DNA of 64,000 nt, from the IMG/VR virus record IMGVR_UViG_3300025137_000019; one strand, given 5' to 3'. Under the pieces are notes generated by a model that had not been told where the DNA came from, did no database searches, and saw only the letters and a program-made list of their open reading frames with translations. Positions 38,835 to 49,250 of the stretch are shown here, one piece after another. The translations under genes were made by a program, and so were the position numbers. Position 1 is the stretch's first letter, and each line of letters starts with the position of its first letter. This stretch comes from an uncultured virus (IMG/VR IMGVR_UViG_3300025137_000019) (Duplodnaviria > Heunggongvirae > Uroviricota > Caudoviricetes).

Positions 38835-39532
38835 TGTTAAATAGTACAATTACCATAAAATTAAAAGAACGTCTAAATAAATTAGATAGTCAAGATTATG
38901 ATAATATCTTGTGTTTTCAAGTAGTTGAGGCATTTAATAAAGCTCAAGTAGAATGGTCTAGAAGACAGCTTCATGGTATTAATGCTAAGAGAGAAGGTGA
39001 TGAACAGTCTACAAGAAGAAAAGATGATCTTCAAGTACTATTGGTAGAAACAGATCCTATATTAAGTGAAGAAGATATATATTACTCTGGACCTATTCCT
39101 GAAAATTATTTACAATGGAAAAGACTAGATGTAAATGCATGTAAAGGTTGTTGTGATAATAGAAGAATGACAGTATATCTTGCAGCAGAAGAAAATCTAA
39201 ATCAACTCTTAAGAGATAAATTAAAACAACCTAGTTTTCAGTGGGCTGAAACATTTGCTACCTTAACAGATGATAAGTTTCGTGTCTACACTAATAAGGA
39301 CTTTGAGGTATCTGATGTATCATTAACTTATTATAGGCAACCACGTAAAATACAAGTTAAAGGTTGTACTGATCCTTATACTGGTTTAGATTCTACTCAA
39401 GAAATACTTTGTGAATTTAAAGATGATATAGTAGAACTTATTATTGATGAGGCAGTAAGCATACTGGCTGGAGATATTGAGTCTGGTAATCAGTATTCAA
39501 GAGGACAACAAGAAGCAGAAAGAAATAATTAA
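38834..39532 (+). CDS. head-tail connector/ring protein
   Basis: FNKAQ..LTYYRQP..IIDEAV; crAss-like ring protein pattern. Confidence 0.6.
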   Translation: MLNSTITIKLKERLNKLDSQDYDNILCFQVVEAFNKAQVEWSRRQLHGINAKREGDEQSTRRKDDLQVLLVETDPILSEEDIYYSGPIPENYLQWKRLDVNACKGCCDNRRMTVYLAAEENLNQLLRDKLKQPSFQWAETFATLTDDKFRVYTNKDFEVSDVSLTYYRQPRKIQVKGCTDPYTGLDSTQEILCEFKDDIVELIIDEAVSILAGDIESGNQYSRGQQEAERNN

Positions 39533-39608
39533 TGATTATTTGATTAATTAAAAAACTTTTCTTATATTATAGTATATTATTTATTTATAAAATTTAAAAC
39601 AAAAAACA

Positions 39609-40988
39609 ATGGCTTATTTTAACAACGCTTTTAAAAAGACGTTTATTATGACTAAGTATTTAGATGGTACAACTACACCAGTTGCATCAACTACGTCTGC
39701 TTTAACAGCAGGTGACTTAGCAATGTTTAACGCAAAAACATGGAAACCTACAGATTTTGCCACTCCTGAGTGCTGTCAATTTGTAATTGCTTCTGGTGCT
39801 CCTTATAAAGAGGATAAAGTTGGACCTTTCCATGGAGGATATAAAGAATCAATTAAATCAAAAGGAATTAATCCTAAGTATGTTACTAAAGTATGGACTG
39901 CTGATGCTCATGCGGCTCAACAATCTATTCTACATATTGGTACTACACCATTTACTGTAGGTACAGACGGATGTTGCCCAACTTTTTTATGTGGTGAGAA
40001 TTATCATCTAAGAGTAGATGTTAAAGGATCTGCTGCATTAAGAATGTTAAATCACCAAGCATATCAAGAAGTTACTGCTTATACAGGATGTTGTCCTGAT
40101 GATTCAGTTGCTCCTGTTGCTGTTGATCCAGCAATTGTAATGATTGAGTGGGCAAAAGGAATTCATGAGAGTGTTATTCTTACAGGAAGTGGACCTAATG
40201 GTCGTACTAACCCAAATCCATTTGTTATTCCTGTAGTTACTGTAGCTAGTGCAGCTTCTGTTGCTGCTGGTGAAGTAGATGCTCTTTATTATCCACCTGG
40301 TACAGATGCTGCTGTTTTAACTGCTGGTGCTGCTGCAGCTCAAGCTGCTACTACTCAAGCTACTCCCCCAACTGCTGCTATTTGGACTTCATTTACATCA
40401 GCATTTGCTGCTGGAGATTGTGCAGGTTTAACATTAGTTGGTGCCTATGAAGAAACTAAGTTTGGAGATTGTACTTTCCAACCTTCTGATTTCTATGCTG
40501 TAGAGCCACTAAGATTATATGCTTCTGAGGTAGATTTAAATGGTGATCCATGTGAGTTTACAGGAATCTGTGTAGTAAATGAGTGTACAGGTAGACAAGT
40601 ACAAGGTTTAGGAGAAACTGTAGCAAGAGACTTTATCTTGTCAGAATCTTACCGTCAAAACCCACTAGCAACTGACTTAAGAATTCGTGAAATTACTCAA
40701 GGTAATGACATGATAGGTGGTGGTGCTGGTCAAGTAGACAGAGCTAAACTATATGATAGAACTATGATTCTACATAGTGTTCCAAGATTTAACAACCCAT
40801 CGGGTACATTTGATAATGATCAATACCTAGTTGAGATTGTTACTGTTTCGGATCTTGCTGGTAAAGCTGAAAGAACTGCTTTCTTAACTGATTTCAATTT
40901 TGTTCTTTCATCATGTGGAAATGGTTGTGAAACTCAGGCAGCAGAAGAAGAAGTAGTATGTCCTACTCCATCTTTAGTAGTCGTATAA
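39609..40988 (+). CDS. abundant virion structural protein (capsid auxiliary-like)
   Basis: Biased codons, own promoter-like site and terminator. Confidence 0.6.
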   Translation: MAYFNNAFKKTFIMTKYLDGTTTPVASTTSALTAGDLAMFNAKTWKPTDFATPECCQFVIASGAPYKEDKVGPFHGGYKESIKSKGINPKYVTKVWTADAHAAQQSILHIGTTPFTVGTDGCCPTFLCGENYHLRVDVKGSAALRMLNHQAYQEVTAYTGCCPDDSVAPVAVDPAIVMIEWAKGIHESVILTGSGPNGRTNPNPFVIPVVTVASAASVAAGEVDALYYPPGTDAAVLTAGAAAAQAATTQATPPTAAIWTSFTSAFAAGDCAGLTLVGAYEETKFGDCTFQPSDFYAVEPLRLYASEVDLNGDPCEFTGICVVNECTGRQVQGLGETVARDFILSESYRQNPLATDLRIREITQGNDMIGGGAGQVDRAKLYDRTMILHSVPRFNNPSGTFDNDQYLVEIVTVSDLAGKAERTAFLTDFNFVLSSCGNGCETQAAEEEVVCPTPSLVVV

Positions 40989-41010
40989 GCTTAAATAGTT
41001 AATTACTCAT

Positions 41011-41051
41011 AAAAGGGAGAGTGAGATTTATTTTCTCCTCTCCCTTTTTTT
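41011..41051 (+). terminator. intrinsic terminator
   Basis: GGGAGAG/CTCTCCC stem with T-run. Confidence 0.8.
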
Positions 41052-41064
41052 ATTATAAAAAATT

Positions 41065-41607
41065 ATGGCAAATCATGTATTAAGCTTAGAAATACCTACT
41101 GTAACTACATCTACTGTTTTGAAAGTATTTGACACAAGTGTGTACTCACCATTAGTTTCTGTTTTTAATCCTAGACTTCAAGTATTAGTTCCAGGTTTTA
41201 CAAATAGTGTTGAGATAACATTTGTTCCTGAATCAGCACCTTCAATTACAGCATGTGATTTACAGTTACAAACTGAAGGATGCGGACAAGCCTATAGTAC
41301 TCTACCAGATGGTATTTATAAAATTACATATATTGTGGGTACAGATAATGTAGTAAATGTACAGTATAGTCATTTAAGAATGACATGTGCATTAAGTCAA
41401 TATGAAAAAATCCTATGTGATATAGATGTAGCAGATTGTGATCCTCCAGCTAGTGTAAAAGAAAAGCTTAGAGAACTTCAATTAATACATATGTATTTAC
41501 AAGCAGCTAAAGCAAAAATAGAAACATGTCATGAAGATCAAGAAGGTATGACATTGTTTAACTATGCTGTTAAACTTCTTAATAAATTAGATTGTAAACA
41601 TTGTTAA
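41065..41607 (+). CDS. crAss-like tail structural protein
   Basis: D.S.Y..LPDGIY.I.Y motif. Confidence 0.6.
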   Translation: MANHVLSLEIPTVTTSTVLKVFDTSVYSPLVSVFNPRLQVLVPGFTNSVEITFVPESAPSITACDLQLQTEGCGQAYSTLPDGIYKITYIVGTDNVVNVQYSHLRMTCALSQYEKILCDIDVADCDPPASVKEKLRELQLIHMYLQAAKAKIETCHEDQEGMTLFNYAVKLLNKLDCKHC

Positions 41608-41627
41608 ATAATTAAAACCAACAAATT

Positions 41628-41777
41628 ATGGCAAATACATGTGGACACTGTGGAACTAGAATATCTTGTGGATGTCAAAAAAGAACAGCAACTGACGGAA
41701 AACAAGTATGTACTAAATGCGTAGTAAAATATAATGCAAAGTTAAAAGGCCAAGAACTAATAAAACAAATAAAATAA
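41628..41777 (+). CDS. small Cys-rich protein (49 aa, not in track)
   Basis: CGHCG..SCGCQ..C..C. Confidence 0.65.
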   Translation: MANTCGHCGTRISCGCQKRTATDGKQVCTKCVVKYNAKLKGQELIKQIK

Positions 41778-41778
41778 A

Positions 41779-44460
41779 ATGGCAGATATACCAGGTGGCG
41801 GGATAATAAGTGATTTAAATGTTACTAGATATAGAGTTACTAGATGTTGTAATGCATCTGAGACTGCTTTGTTTGTTATATCTGACACATTTATACCTGA
41901 ATTACTACCTAATGAAACAGCAGTTTATCGGAGGTTAGGTTTAAGCTCTACTATTACAGTAGATGGTGTAACATTTGAATCTGGTTATTGTTATACAATA
42001 GAAAATTTAGGCCAGGGAGCTCCAGTTTTAAATACTATAAGCTGGACTGACTTTGAAGGTACAGATGTTAATCTTGGATGTCAAGATGCTAAATGTGCTC
42101 CTTGTGAAGATCCAGATCCTTTGATACCATTTAAATTAATATGGACACCCTGTTGTGATGCATTTGATGTTATAGAAACAAAAGGTGACAACTATCAAGA
42201 TTACTTAGGTGTTATAGCACCTCTTGCTGTAACTCAAGCAAGTTTTCCAATTGGTTTAATGCTTAATGAGTGTTATCATGTAACTGTTGAAGCAACTAGC
42301 ATTGAAATATATAATAGTTTACCTACACCTGTACCGTTTATTTATAATGGACCAAATGCTACAGGTAATAGTTATGTTCCAGTAGTAACAGATCCAGATA
42401 TTGTAGATCCTTGTTCAGATCCTACAGCTTTAACATTATGTCCAGAGTGTCCTGTAAATTGCTTTAGAGTAGTAAACTGCGAAGGAACTCAAGATTTTTT
42501 AGTTGTTTCAAATATTGATACTTATGGTGTACAAGATATTTCTAATTTTGTAAATCAATTTGTCACATTAGTTGATGAAAATGGTGCAATGGCAAGCACA
42601 TTTTATGTATTAGAAACAAACGAACCTTGTACTAATGCTGTATCTTTTATTTCAGTTGATCCTGTATTACCAACACCTTGTGATTGTTTATGTACAGAAG
42701 TAATTTTTAACCCTACTCTTCCAGCAATTGGAACTCCAAGTCCTATCTTAGATAGTACAGATAAGTTTGATAAGCAATATATTGAAAAAGCAGCTTGGCA
42801 ACAGAATTATGATTTAATAATAGGTATTGATATAGGTGATGTTAAGGATCCAAATGAAGTTACTACAGGTTCTAAAGGATTCACATATGTAGATTGTGAC
42901 GGTGAAGTTCAATACATATTTGGAAACTCAATTATATGTAGTAGTATTTATCCTGTAGTAACTAGCCCAGCATATAGCACTCTTTATGGAAATGTTATAA
43001 TAAATCAAAGCGGTCCTTGTATAGATGGGGAGTGTGCTGTAGATTGTTATGCTTTAGTAAACTGTCAAACTAAAGAAATTATATATAGTATTCAGGAAAC
43101 TTTATTTACATATTATCAATTAGATCAAACTGTAACTTTAGATGGTTATGAGGGTTGTTGGGAAGTAGTTAATGGTGATTGTTCTTGTTTATTAGTACAA
43201 GTAGATGGCACCCTTACACTAACAGCTAACTGGGAAGGTGATTTATATAATGACGAAAAATTATATAAGGTTTTAATTCCATCTTCACCTGGTGGAACTC
43301 CAGATTTAGAATATGCTATATGGTTTTCTGGTGGTAACTGGGCAATTACTACTGTAGCCACTATAGGTAGTATTACGCTTAATGGTACTTTTGCCACTAT
43401 AAGTGGGTTAGGTAAATGTCCTGTAAGTAATACATGGACTCCTGGAAAATATTCTGATCTTAGTGATGTAACTTCAGTTATAACAGAAGAAAATGAATCA
43501 TGTGCAGAAGGTTGTGACTCTTGTCCTGTTAATGTTAATGTATTAACAATATTTGATTCTTGTGCAGATTGTATTGGTGTTATTGCATATAGATTACAAG
43601 GTTGTGATAATCCAGCAGATATTAAGTATACAACATCTGATTTATCACAACATGTAGATAGAGTTATTGAGATAGATTGTGGTTGCTATATAGTTGACTT
43701 AATAACATATAGGCCACCAACAGATATTCCAATTACTGTATTATATTCTTTTGATGACTGTATTAAATGTAAAACAAAATATTTTAAATTAACAGACTGT
43801 AGTGATGGAACTTTAATTCTATATACGGATACAGATTTAACAAGTTATATTAGTCAAGTTGTTAAAATTACTAATTGTGATAATTGTTGGCAAGTTGAGG
43901 CAACAAGAGAACCTGGAATTATTGAAACAGTTACGCTTGACTCTTCATACATAAATTGTCCAGAATGTCTTACTTCTAGTGATATATGTGAAGGCGTTGT
44001 AATTACAAATGTAAGTGATGATGCTACTACTACTGTAGAATATTATGATTGCAATAGTGAGTTTGTTAGTTATAAATTAGTTCCTGGAGCAACAACTGGA
44101 AAAATTTGTGTTAATTATGTAGTTCAAAGTGATGCTTATACTTCTGAACCACCTGTGCTTTATTTAGAAAAATATGGTGATTGTCAACAAGGAGTTTTTC
44201 CACAGCCAGTATTTAAAAATAATAGAACAGTTAGACCAGGGTATAATACACCTATTTGTTCTGCAGCAAAGTATGATAAAATAACTTGTAACTTTGCAGA
44301 TGTTATGTATAAAGACGCATTAGAAAAGAGATATGGTATTAGTAACTGCTGTCCAGAAGATGATCAAAAATGGATAGTAAGTAAGCTTTTAATTGATATG
44401 CAAGCATTAAAAGATATTAACTTTCCATCCTCTGGTACTCCTTGCAAATGTGAAAATTAA
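41779..44460 (+). CDS. Cys-rich repetitive structural (fibre) protein
   Basis: 893 aa, repeated Y.L..C..DL..C(W/Y).V..C..C units. Confidence 0.6.
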   Translation: MADIPGGGIISDLNVTRYRVTRCCNASETALFVISDTFIPELLPNETAVYRRLGLSSTITVDGVTFESGYCYTIENLGQGAPVLNTISWTDFEGTDVNLGCQDAKCAPCEDPDPLIPFKLIWTPCCDAFDVIETKGDNYQDYLGVIAPLAVTQASFPIGLMLNECYHVTVEATSIEIYNSLPTPVPFIYNGPNATGNSYVPVVTDPDIVDPCSDPTALTLCPECPVNCFRVVNCEGTQDFLVVSNIDTYGVQDISNFVNQFVTLVDENGAMASTFYVLETNEPCTNAVSFISVDPVLPTPCDCLCTEVIFNPTLPAIGTPSPILDSTDKFDKQYIEKAAWQQNYDLIIGIDIGDVKDPNEVTTGSKGFTYVDCDGEVQYIFGNSIICSSIYPVVTSPAYSTLYGNVIINQSGPCIDGECAVDCYALVNCQTKEIIYSIQETLFTYYQLDQTVTLDGYEGCWEVVNGDCSCLLVQVDGTLTLTANWEGDLYNDEKLYKVLIPSSPGGTPDLEYAIWFSGGNWAITTVATIGSITLNGTFATISGLGKCPVSNTWTPGKYSDLSDVTSVITEENESCAEGCDSCPVNVNVLTIFDSCADCIGVIAYRLQGCDNPADIKYTTSDLSQHVDRVIEIDCGCYIVDLITYRPPTDIPITVLYSFDDCIKCKTKYFKLTDCSDGTLILYTDTDLTSYISQVVKITNCDNCWQVEATREPGIIETVTLDSSYINCPECLTSSDICEGVVITNVSDDATTTVEYYDCNSEFVSYKLVPGATTGKICVNYVVQSDAYTSEPPVLYLEKYGDCQQGVFPQPVFKNNRTVRPGYNTPICSAAKYDKITCNFADVMYKDALEKRYGISNCCPEDDQKWIVSKLLIDMQALKDINFPSSGTPCKCEN

Positions 44461-44486
44461 TTAGTATATTATAAATAGACAACAAT

Positions 44487-46451
44487 ATGAAACCGTTAAA
44501 TTTAGATAATAAACCCTGTTCTCCTGTGTCAAGCAACTGTATAGTTTGGCAAGGTCCAGATATTGAATGTATAAAACTTTGTCATGGGGATAGTGTTTCA
44601 GACGTTGTACATAAGCTAGCAACTGAGTTATGTAATATTATGACTCAATTAAATGTTTCTAGTTATGACTTAACATGTCTAGGTATCACAGCCGCATGTC
44701 CACCAAAAGATATAACTGTACTAATTCAATTATTAATTGATAAAATTTGTGAATTAGAAGGTCTTATTAATACTAGTAATTCTAATAGTTCAGGAGATAG
44801 TGCTGACTCAGGTTGTCCTGATTGTATTGTATCTGTAGCTGAATGTTTTGTAGTAGGTACAACCACCACAATGCAATTAACAGAATATGTTAATTTAATA
44901 GCAGGTAGAGTTTGTGATTTAATTAGTGAAATTAATATTTTACAAACGCAAATTAGTAATTTAAATATAAGAGTTACCGCATTAGAAGATGTACCGCCTC
45001 CAGGATTAACTTTACCTAGCATACCAACAGATTGCTTAGCATCAGTTATCCCAGGTAATCCACTTTCAGCAACTATAGATATAGTTTTAACAGCTTTATT
45101 AAGTGACAGTACTAAAGGTTTTTGCCAATATATAGATAAGCTTGGTCTACCAGCAGATATTTACGGGGCTATTAACGGTGTTGTATGTATTACAAGTGGT
45201 ACAACTTCAGATACAGATCCTACACTTACAATGTCAGGATTATATAATGGTGTTACGGATCCAAAAACATGGGTTGATACTCCAACAACTTTGGTACATA
45301 CTATTAATAACTTATGGATTGCTATATGTGATTCACATGGTAAACCAACTATTCAGTTTACAGATACAGAAACAGTAAAGTTTACAATGCTATCTGACCG
45401 TCCCTCATATAACTTTGAAGCTAATGTAACTAGACAAGATATATTAATAGAACGTGGAGGATTAGGAATAACTCTTAATGGTACTAATGGTGGATTAAGA
45501 TATACTTATCCAGGTTTTTTACCTAATTCAGCAGTACTTCCGCCAGTAGCGGCTAGTAGTACAAATGCAAGTAGAATAGATCAATTGCAAATGCAAACTG
45601 GGGCACTAGGTACATTAACTCCTATATATGATAATTTTATTGCTTCACCTTTTGATGCTACAAGTGGTGTTATAACTGTACCATCTGATGGCATATATGA
45701 TTTAGGAATGAGAGTTCATATGTCAGCAAACGCTGCTACTAGTATAGATGATGAAGATATTCCTAACGGACCTGCAGACAATGGCTCTTATGGTTATGGT
45801 TTTGGTTTTTATGGAGGATATCCTACAAATAGTAATAACTCTGCTACTGATGTTAACATAACTAATGCTGGTAGTACTCCTACAGCTAGTACAACTGCTG
45901 GGTATACAGATGGACTTGCATATTTAAATAATTCTAGTAGTGTTGATAAACCATTGGTATATATTACTACTGGTACTAATGCTTATGTAGATCCTGCAAA
46001 CCCAGGAAATATAGGACAAGTAGTAATTATAACACTTGTTACTGGTGGTTCAGATTTTAACCAAGATGATATAAACAGTTCTAATAACTTTACAATAGTG
46101 CAAGCTGGTGCAGATGGTAGTGCAAGAGCTAGGGCAATAACTAATTTATCAAAACCAACCCCTACATGTACAATAATGGCTGGTATAATTGAAGCAACTC
46201 CTGGATCTACAGAAAGTGTAAATCATTGTGTTGATATGTTTAATGCTAGTACGGCAATGCCTTATGCAGATCTATCAGCAACTTCTTTAGGGGTTTATTT
46301 AAGACAAGGTACATTATTAAAGTTTTATATTGGAATATTAGTTACTGAAGAAGATCCACTTAAACCTGGTACTGGTGAGCCTGATCCTAGATGGGAATAT
46401 AGCTCAAAACCTTTGGATTATATACAATGGTATTTCAAAAAAGTAGAATAA
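44487..46451 (+). CDS. tail fibre/spike-like protein
   Basis: Cys-rich N-terminus, coiled coil, C1q-like FD.TSG.ITVP.DGIY segment. Confidence 0.6.
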   Translation: MKPLNLDNKPCSPVSSNCIVWQGPDIECIKLCHGDSVSDVVHKLATELCNIMTQLNVSSYDLTCLGITAACPPKDITVLIQLLIDKICELEGLINTSNSNSSGDSADSGCPDCIVSVAECFVVGTTTTMQLTEYVNLIAGRVCDLISEINILQTQISNLNIRVTALEDVPPPGLTLPSIPTDCLASVIPGNPLSATIDIVLTALLSDSTKGFCQYIDKLGLPADIYGAINGVVCITSGTTSDTDPTLTMSGLYNGVTDPKTWVDTPTTLVHTINNLWIAICDSHGKPTIQFTDTETVKFTMLSDRPSYNFEANVTRQDILIERGGLGITLNGTNGGLRYTYPGFLPNSAVLPPVAASSTNASRIDQLQMQTGALGTLTPIYDNFIASPFDATSGVITVPSDGIYDLGMRVHMSANAATSIDDEDIPNGPADNGSYGYGFGFYGGYPTNSNNSATDVNITNAGSTPTASTTAGYTDGLAYLNNSSSVDKPLVYITTGTNAYVDPANPGNIGQVVIITLVTGGSDFNQDDINSSNNFTIVQAGADGSARARAITNLSKPTPTCTIMAGIIEATPGSTESVNHCVDMFNASTAMPYADLSATSLGVYLRQGTLLKFYIGILVTEEDPLKPGTGEPDPRWEYSSKPLDYIQWYFKKVE

Positions 46452-46482
46452 AATATATATATAAATTAAAATAAAAACAAAA

Positions 46483-47886
46483 ATGGCAACTTCAACAAAT
46501 TGTAACTGCTCCTCTACTACACAATGTGGATGTACTCCTGGTTCTTATACAGTAGTACCTCCTTGTCCTCCTTCCTGTGCAGAAGTATTTAATTCTTCTT
46601 GCATAGTATATACAGGCACGGATTTATTGTGTAATACAGATACGGTTATTTCAAGAAATGATTACCTTGATACGGTAATAACAAAATTAGTAAATTACAT
46701 ATGTAGTACTGTAGCTCCACCAGCAAGTGTGGTAGCTGGTAGTGCATTTATTGATGTAGTACCTACAACAGATCCTGTTACAGCAGTAACAACTTATACT
46801 GTATCTGCTGACATGGCTGCATTTGAAATATGGGTAACTCCTATTATTACAAATCAACTTCTAGCAAAGGTATTAGCTGGACCTGGAATTGATGTAGCAG
46901 CTGATGGTGTAGCAGGAACTGTTACTATATCTCATGAAGATACATCTACTGTAGTTTCTCCACTAGTAGTTAGTGGCACAGGTAATACATTTCTTAATGG
47001 TGTCAGCTTTGGTTTTGATACTTTTGGTCATGTAACAAGTGCTGCATTTACAACTGGTACAGTTACTCATCAACCTAACTTTGTAACTGCTCAAATTAAT
47101 CCAGATTCAGGATTTGTGTGGGGACCAGATGATGATCCTACAAATCTTCAAACTGCAGATGCTCCTGGTGATACATTAAACTTTGTAGCAGGTGCAGGAA
47201 TTGTATTAAACGCAAGTACTATTCCTAGTACAGATGCAATTAGAATTACAAACCTTTCTCCAAATGTTGATCAAGATACATGGAAGGAAGTTACAACTGA
47301 TGTTTCTGGTCCTCTTGTACCAGCTGCTCCTGATTCTACACTAGGAATTGTAGGTTCAGTTGGAATTCAAACTGAAGCAGCATTTGGTAATACAGTAAAA
47401 ATTAAAAACCTTGCACCAAATATTGTTCAAAGTGTTTGGGAAACAATCACGGCTAAAGATGGTAGTACTGCTGTAGCTAATACTGCTACAGACAATTTAA
47501 CTATTACAGGTGGTACTGGAATTGATACGGCAATTGTTGGTGATACATTAACAATAAGTACAACATCAGTTGGTTACACAATTCAAGTAGCTCAAGATAT
47601 TGAAATTGATGCTTCTGGTAATTTTACTAATCCCGCATCTGGTGCAACAACAGCAGTTCTAGATTTTGGACCAACTGGTACTAATGCTATATCTAGCAAC
47701 TACATGCAAGTAAGTTTAATTGATGCTACACCAGCTTCTCCAACTTTAGGACAGGAAATAGCTATTCCTGGTGGACCATTTACTGTTGAAATGAATGTAG
47801 GAGTAGGTAAACTAGCATTAAATAATGTTGGTGGTACTACCGTTAGTAAAAAATATACAATAATCGTTACAGGTCCAGCTACATAA
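46483..47886 (+). CDS. tail fibre-like protein
   Basis: N-terminal SCIVYTG motif shared with the previous gene; AG.GI...ITN..PN repeats. Confidence 0.6.
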   Translation: MATSTNCNCSSTTQCGCTPGSYTVVPPCPPSCAEVFNSSCIVYTGTDLLCNTDTVISRNDYLDTVITKLVNYICSTVAPPASVVAGSAFIDVVPTTDPVTAVTTYTVSADMAAFEIWVTPIITNQLLAKVLAGPGIDVAADGVAGTVTISHEDTSTVVSPLVVSGTGNTFLNGVSFGFDTFGHVTSAAFTTGTVTHQPNFVTAQINPDSGFVWGPDDDPTNLQTADAPGDTLNFVAGAGIVLNASTIPSTDAIRITNLSPNVDQDTWKEVTTDVSGPLVPAAPDSTLGIVGSVGIQTEAAFGNTVKIKNLAPNIVQSVWETITAKDGSTAVANTATDNLTITGGTGIDTAIVGDTLTISTTSVGYTIQVAQDIEIDASGNFTNPASGATTAVLDFGPTGTNAISSNYMQVSLIDATPASPTLGQEIAIPGGPFTVEMNVGVGKLALNNVGGTTVSKKYTIIVTGPAT

Positions 47887-47892
47887 AACATT

Positions 47893-47958
47893 GTCGCAGT
47901 TTGTTGGTTTCTGTGGCTAACAACGGGAGAACCCTCACACTTGTGGGGGTTTTCTTTT
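47893..47958 (+). terminator. hairpin plus intrinsic terminator (candidate sRNA)
   Basis: GTCGCAG-loop-CTGTGGC, then GAGAACCCTCAC/GTGGGGGTTTTC with T-run. Confidence 0.7.
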
Positions 47959-48000
47959 ATATGTACATTTGTTTAAATCAATTATTTTTACTATATTATT

Positions 48001-48582
48001 ATGAAGGAATTTAAGAAACCAAACGTTAAAGCTCCAAGATTTAGACCATCGTTTTATAATGTTCTAAATAAAGAGTTCTTTGAAAAATTTAAGAAGAAAT
48101 ACCCTAAGTATAAAAACTTAGATAATAGTATATTAAAAAAGATTGTGAAGACATTTAATGAGACTATTTCTAGTAAGGTAATTGAGAATAGAGATGGTAT
48201 AGAGTTACCTCAACAATTAGGGTGGATTTTCATTGGGACTTGTCAAAAGAGTAAAAAACAAAATGTTGATTTTGCTAAGTCTCATAAATATGGAGTAGAG
48301 GTTCAAAATAAAAATTGGGAAACAGATGGTAAGTTAGCAAAGATATTTTTTACAAATTACGCTCCAAAGCATAAAATTAAAAATAGAGAATTTTGGGGAT
48401 TTGTTGCATGTAGAAATTTTAAAAGGACAGTGGCTAAAACTTATCCTGAAAATTGGAATATGTATGTTGTTGTTGATCCTATACAAAAACTAAAAACATC
48501 ATATAGTAAGGAGGTTTATAAAAGAGTAAGGTTGAGAAATACACAAAAGGATCTAAAAAATTATAATGAATTTGACATATGA
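48001..48582 (+). CDS. crAss-like IHF-related protein
   Basis: G..LP..LG.I..VDF..S motif; position before the tail tube genes. Confidence 0.55.
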   Translation: MKEFKKPNVKAPRFRPSFYNVLNKEFFEKFKKKYPKYKNLDNSILKKIVKTFNETISSKVIENRDGIELPQQLGWIFIGTCQKSKKQNVDFAKSHKYGVEVQNKNWETDGKLAKIFFTNYAPKHKIKNREFWGFVACRNFKRTVAKTYPENWNMYVVVDPIQKLKTSYSKEVYKRVRLRNTQKDLKNYNEFDI

Positions 48583-49250
48583 CAACAATTGGTGAATCCA
48601 TATCAAGAGTAAGAAACACACTTAAAGCAGTTAAAGAAGATCCTTTTTTAACTGACAGGGTCATATATTATTCTATAATTAAATATGGAAAAACTCTTTT
48701 AAAGAGAGAAGATAATCAATATAGACTTATGAGAATAGGAACTATATTTTCAGTTTTACCAATGGTTGAACTTATAGATGTAGACAAAGTAGAGGCTGGT
48801 TGTATGGGTGTGTATTCTGGTTGCTATTTTAAAAGAACTAAAGATAAGTTACCAGATATTTTTGATGGGCTATTTGGTCCAATTATACGTACAGTGTCTT
48901 CAATAGATAGTTCAATAGAAGTTTTTAGAACAGATCCAGGGACTTGGACATCTATAACTAAATCATCAACTTTTAAATATAATAAGAGACCATACTTTTG
49001 GTATCTTAATGGTTATTTATATGTTCCTAATGTAGATTGGGATGCTATAAGAATTGAGGCTATTTTTGATGGAGATATATCAGAGTATGTTTGTGATGAA
49101 GATGAGAAGTGTAAAATAAGACAAGATCAAATTTTACCCTTTCCTGAATATTTATTTTCAGAAATAGAACAAATGACTGTAAAAGAATTAACCATGACTA
49201 TGCAAGTTCCTCAAGATAACTTGGATGATGGTCAAAATGCACTTAGATAA
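48579..49250 (+). CDS. tail ring/tubular protein
   Basis: YFW.LNGYLY motif, synteny. Confidence 0.6.
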   Translation: MTTIGESISRVRNTLKAVKEDPFLTDRVIYYSIIKYGKTLLKREDNQYRLMRIGTIFSVLPMVELIDVDKVEAGCMGVYSGCYFKRTKDKLPDIFDGLFGPIIRTVSSIDSSIEVFRTDPGTWTSITKSSTFKYNKRPYFWYLNGYLYVPNVDWDAIRIEAIFDGDISEYVCDEDEKCKIRQDQILPFPEYLFSEIEQMTVKELTMTMQVPQDNLDDGQNALR

